From NCBI GenBank assembly GCA_963813715.1, contig CAWFAK010000010.1, positions 36,730-100,729 of the forward strand: a DNA stretch of 64,000 nucleotides. The letters are read 5' to 3'. Below are positions 60,245 through 64,000 of the stretch, piece by piece. This DNA is from an uncultured Planctomycetaceae bacterium. Lineage in GTDB: Bacteria > Planctomycetota > Planctomycetia > Planctomycetales > Planctomycetaceae. A model generated the notes under the pieces. It was not told the origin of the DNA. It made no database searches and saw only the letters and a program-made list of their open reading frames with translations. Numbering within the stretch: the stretch's first letter is position 1; the number at the start of each line of letters is the position of its first letter. The position numbers and the translations under genes were made by a program.

Positions 60245-61337
60245 GGCGGTGCCACGGGGGATAGGTCGCCCGGCGGACTGGGGTCCGGCTCCGCGCCTGG
60301 GTGGCCGCCAGCTGCGAGCGGCTCGACCGATCTCCCGCCGTGACGAGAAGTAGTAGACGGCGCCGACTGCGCAATCACCAGCGTGACGATCCGATAGGCC
60401 AGCGCCGTCGCCACTCCGGCTCCGGCTGCCGTCGCCGCCGGCACGGGCATTCCCGCCGCTTGATTGGCCAGCTCGTAGCAACTCGCGACGAGCTTCTCCA
60501 TCGTGCCGATCGCCCCCGGTACCGGAATAAAGACGGCAGCCAGCTCCGCGCCCGGAATGAGCAGCAGATGCTCCCAGTACCCCGGGGCTGCCGGCCCCGC
60601 TTTTACAGCCAGTGCGCAAAGTAGAATCCCGACAGCATGCCGATGTGGCCCACCACGCTGATCGCCACGCAAAAGACCAGCACGCGACCGCGAGCCTGGT
60701 AAAGTAGCACCGCGTTGACCAGGCTGCCGATCATCGGTCCGACTTTCGGCAAGGCCACCAGTTTCCGCATGGGGGCCGATCGCGGCACGGCCGGATGCAA
60801 CAGCACGGCCAAGCCGATGATCCCGCCGAACGTCCCGGCCCACAGCACGATCAGGTACGTCTGCACCACGGGTTGCTGTAACAGGGCCGGCGGTTGAAAG
60901 AACATGGTCATGGCACCGACCACAAAGAGTGCCTGCACTCCCAGAATGCGGTCTAAGAGCACGGTGGCCATGGCGATCCCCTTGCGGGATTTCTGTTCGG
61001 TCGCAATCAGCCCGGCCCGAATGATGTCGCCGCCGGTGGCCCCGGGGCCCAGATAATTGCAGGCATAGCCGATAAAGCTCAGCCGCACCGCATCCTTGAG
61101 GGTGAAGGGAAAGTCCTGCGCCCAGACGAGCAGGTACCAGCGATAGAAAGTCAGCGCAATGGACGCGGCGACCACCAGCAGGGCCAGGCCCAAATAAGAC
61201 CAGTCGGGCCGCTGGGCCAGCAAGCTCGCCAGCGGCCCCCAGTACGCGTAAAACAAGTAGCCCAGCACGGCGGCGGCGACCAGCCATCGCAGCCAGCCCC
61301 AGTTTCGCCTGACTGCCTGAATTGCCAGTTTGAGAAT
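60241..61337 (-). CDS. Lysylphosphatidylglycerol synthase TM-domain / flippase-like protein (frameshifted; ends approximate)
   Basis: RWYLLV, NYLGPGATGGDIIRA, LLDRILG, FIPVPGAIGTME and ALAYR. Confidence 0.8.
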
Positions 61338-61588
61338 GCGCAACGCCGGGGCCCTATCTTCCGAGTTTCGCAGCGTTTCTAGACGATCAGCCAAAGGCCT
61401 GCAATCGAGAAGCCTTGCCAAGCCAGGTAAGTGGAGGGTATCTTTCCGCTCCCGCCGGATGGGATCCGACGGCACGCGGCGGCAACGTCCCCCTCCGAGG
61501 AACGGTTGCCGACGCCCGCAAACGATTGACTCTCGCGATCGACCTCTCCACTGTTTGTGAAAGGGCTAAAGGATGAGCCGGCTCACGG

Positions 61589-61935
61589 CATGCGCACGTC
61601 CACGCCCGGTTTCGCGTCTTCCGTCCGGAAGGCGACGCCATCATTCTCCAGTTCCCCAGCCGCGAACGGCGCCCCGGCCTCGATGCGGAATGAACCCCGC
61701 TCGGCCGAAGGCACCGTCTCGCTGGCCGACTTCAAGTTGCACCCGGACGCGAAGCCGTGCTGGCTCGCGCTCTCGCGGTCACCGCAATCGCTGCTGCCCG
61801 CATTGCCACCGCGGCGGAGTCATTCCCGTCGACCTGGGCGACGGTGACAAGCGCCGCTGGGCGATGCCCGTCCCCGGCACGGCCACGCTCGTCGGCTTCT
61901 ACTGCGGCGCGTGCGGCGCCGAGTGGTCTGCCTAA
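61589..61935 (+). CDS. Small hypothetical zinc-ribbon protein (probable frameshift)
   Basis: CPHC...FYCGACGAEW at the C-terminus; N-terminus probably in ORF 61557-61847. Confidence 0.5.
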
Positions 61936-62234
61936 CGCAACGTCGACCGCTCCCTGTTTCGAGTGGCCGGGGCGGCCGCTTGCGGAAGCCCCGGAATTGC
62001 CACTCGTACTTGAGTTCCTTCCCTGAAGCGATTTCGCTCGGGGGCTTCCGCATTGCAGCGCCCCCCCCGCCACCCGGTCGTGATCCCTCAACCGGCTGGC
62101 GAACATTCAGCGTTGGAAACGGTCCTTCGGCAGCGCCGGATCTCAATTTATTTCCCACGGGCACGCCTCCATACTTGGGCGTCCGCTCCAGGCGACCTGG
62201 TGCCGGCGCGAGTCTCTAACCCGATGGCGAGCTC

Positions 62235-62673
62235 GTGGCGAAATCGCGACCCCCAGCCGAACAACCTCTGTCCAACGATGATCTGCCCGCGGCCCCGGAC
62301 GTGCGGAAAAAGAAGAAATCGGGCGAGGCGGAGGAAAAACTCACGCGGCCGATCTGGTATCGCTACGCGACCTGGGTCGTGATGATCCTGTTCACGGCCG
62401 GTGCGATCGTCGAATCCTCGCCCAATATAACTACAAGCATAATTTGCGGGTCGCTCAGGAGGGGCTCGAGCGGATCGAGGGCAGCCCGACCAAAGTGACC
62501 TACGACGACATCAAAGATCGCTTCTGGGGCACGCCCGAATCGAGCACCGGCACGTCCGACTTTGTGCCCAACGTCATCTATACGTGGTCCTGGCACGGTC
62601 TTCGCAAGTACGTCGTCCGTCTGTACGTCAGTCCGAAGGACGGCCAGTTCGCAAGGTCGAGTCGGAACCGTGA
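62235..62673 (+). CDS. Hypothetical membrane-anchored protein (frameshifted)
   Basis: TM segment WYRYATWVVMILFTAGAIV, then VTYDDIKDRFWG...YTWSWHGLRKYVVRLYV in another frame. Confidence 0.45.
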
Positions 62674-62767
62674 CACCCTGTCGATCCGGCACCGATCGGC
62701 CAGACTAACACCGATCAAAAAGCGGCCCAAACCCGCGGTACCCGCGGCCTGTCGCCGAAGGAACACA

Positions 62768-64000
62768 ATGCAATCGATCGTCGGCCTGGTGCTCGGCGGC
62801 GGCAAGGCACTCGCCTCTTCCGCTGACCAACTCCGCACCAAGCCGGCCGTGCCCGTCGCCGGCAAGTACCGCCTCATCGACATCCCCATCAGCAACTGCA
62901 TCAACAGCGGCATGAACCGCATCTACGTCCTGACGCAGTTCCTCGCGTCAGCCTGCACCGGCACATCGCCAACACCTACAAGTTCGATCCCTTCAGCCGC
63001 GGCTTCGTCGAAGTGCTCGCCGCCCAGCAGACCAACGAAGGCGACCGACTGGTACCAGGGCACCGCCGACGCCGTCCGCCAGCAACTCCGCTACGTCGAG
63101 GAGCCCTGGATCGAGGACGTGCTCATCCTCTCCGGCGACCAGCTCTACCGCATGGACTTCCGGCGACTGCTCGAAACGCACGCCGCGAAAAGGCCGACGT
63201 GACCATCGCCGTGCTGCCGGTCACCCGCGGAGGCGGCACGCCGCTTCGGCATCATGCGGCTCGACGAGGCCGGCCGCGTCATCGGCTTCGTGGAAAAGCC
63301 GAAGACCGACAGCGGAATCGCCCTCGTCCGCACGACCGGCGTGGATCGACGCGCACGGCATCGTCAGCCGCGGCCGCGACGTACCTGGCGAGCATGGGCA
63401 TCTACCTCTTCAACCGCCAAGCGCTCGTCGACTCGTCTGGACAAGCCGGACTACCACGACTTCGGCAAGGAAGTCTTCCCGCGCGATCCAGCGCCACCGC
63501 GTGCAGGCCCACCTGTTCGACGGCTACTGGGAGGACATCGGCACGATCAAGGCGTTCTTCGACGCCAACCTGGCCTGGCCGACGTCCGCCGCCTTTCGAC
63601 TTGTCGTGCCCGGGCCCGATCTACACGCAGGCCCGCTTCCTGCCGCCCTCGCGTCGACGGCGCCACCATCCGCGAGAGTCGCTCATGGCCGACGGCTGCG
63701 TGCATCGAGGCGGGCGCCGACGTGGAGCACAGCGTCGTCGGCGTCCGCTGCCGCATCGGCCGCAATGCGGTCATCCGCAACTCGATTATGATCGGCGCCG
63801 ACTTCGACGACTCCGACGAGCCCCACAACGGCACAGCTTCCGACCCTTGGGCGTCGGCGACGGCTCGGTGATCGAGCGGGCAATCCTCGACAAGGATTGC
63901 CGCATCGGCCGCAACGTGCAGATCGACAACCGCCAGAAGCCGACGCCGACGACGACAACCACGTCATCCGCGACGGCATCATCGTGGCCCACAAAGGGGC
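62768..64000 (+). CDS. glgC: Glucose-1-phosphate adenylyltransferase (heavily frameshifted; runs off window end)
   Basis: [64 protein letters not shown] and YWEDIGTI. Confidence 0.93.

Overview
GC-rich bacterial chromosomal window, almost certainly from a Planctomycete. Evidence for the lineage: a DUF1559 prepilin-like gene with its lipoprotein partner, DUF1501/DUF1800, multiple BamB-like beta-propellers and a giant M56 protein. Many single-base indels break even essential genes (atpB, atpF, atpH, atpA, lptF), so split ORFs are read as long-read/assembly errors and stitched by hand; gene ends in these cases are approximate. Left arm (1-18.9 kb, minus strand): a translationally coupled 16-kb BlaI/BlaR1-like operon followed by DUF1800-DUF1501. 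The operon has a palindromic operator over a sigma70-like promoter, then blaI, a secreted one-module protein, a ~3,200-aa M56 peptidase carrying four ~690-aa beta-sandwich modules instead of a penicillin-binding sensor, and a protease-less ~1,500-aa paralogue that starts at the BlaR1 'LKRRL' tail. Middle: DUF1559 pair, a Cys-less SUOX-fold protein, three beta-propellers with an Fe-ADH, a DacZ-type diadenylate cyclase, a paralogous pair of uncharacterised envelope proteins, AsmA-like, GT39, TylF, Gfo/Idh/MocA, MFS, DUF47 and DUF4912 genes. Right: a complete H+-type F0F1 ATP synthase operon with a candidate structured leader, then an FHA protein, class II GATase, LptF/G, a flippase-like protein and glgC. 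No rRNA, tRNA, CRISPR array or mobile element was recognised. The best candidate for an undescribed system is the modular BlaR1-like operon with its 'pre-cleaved' sensor paralogue.
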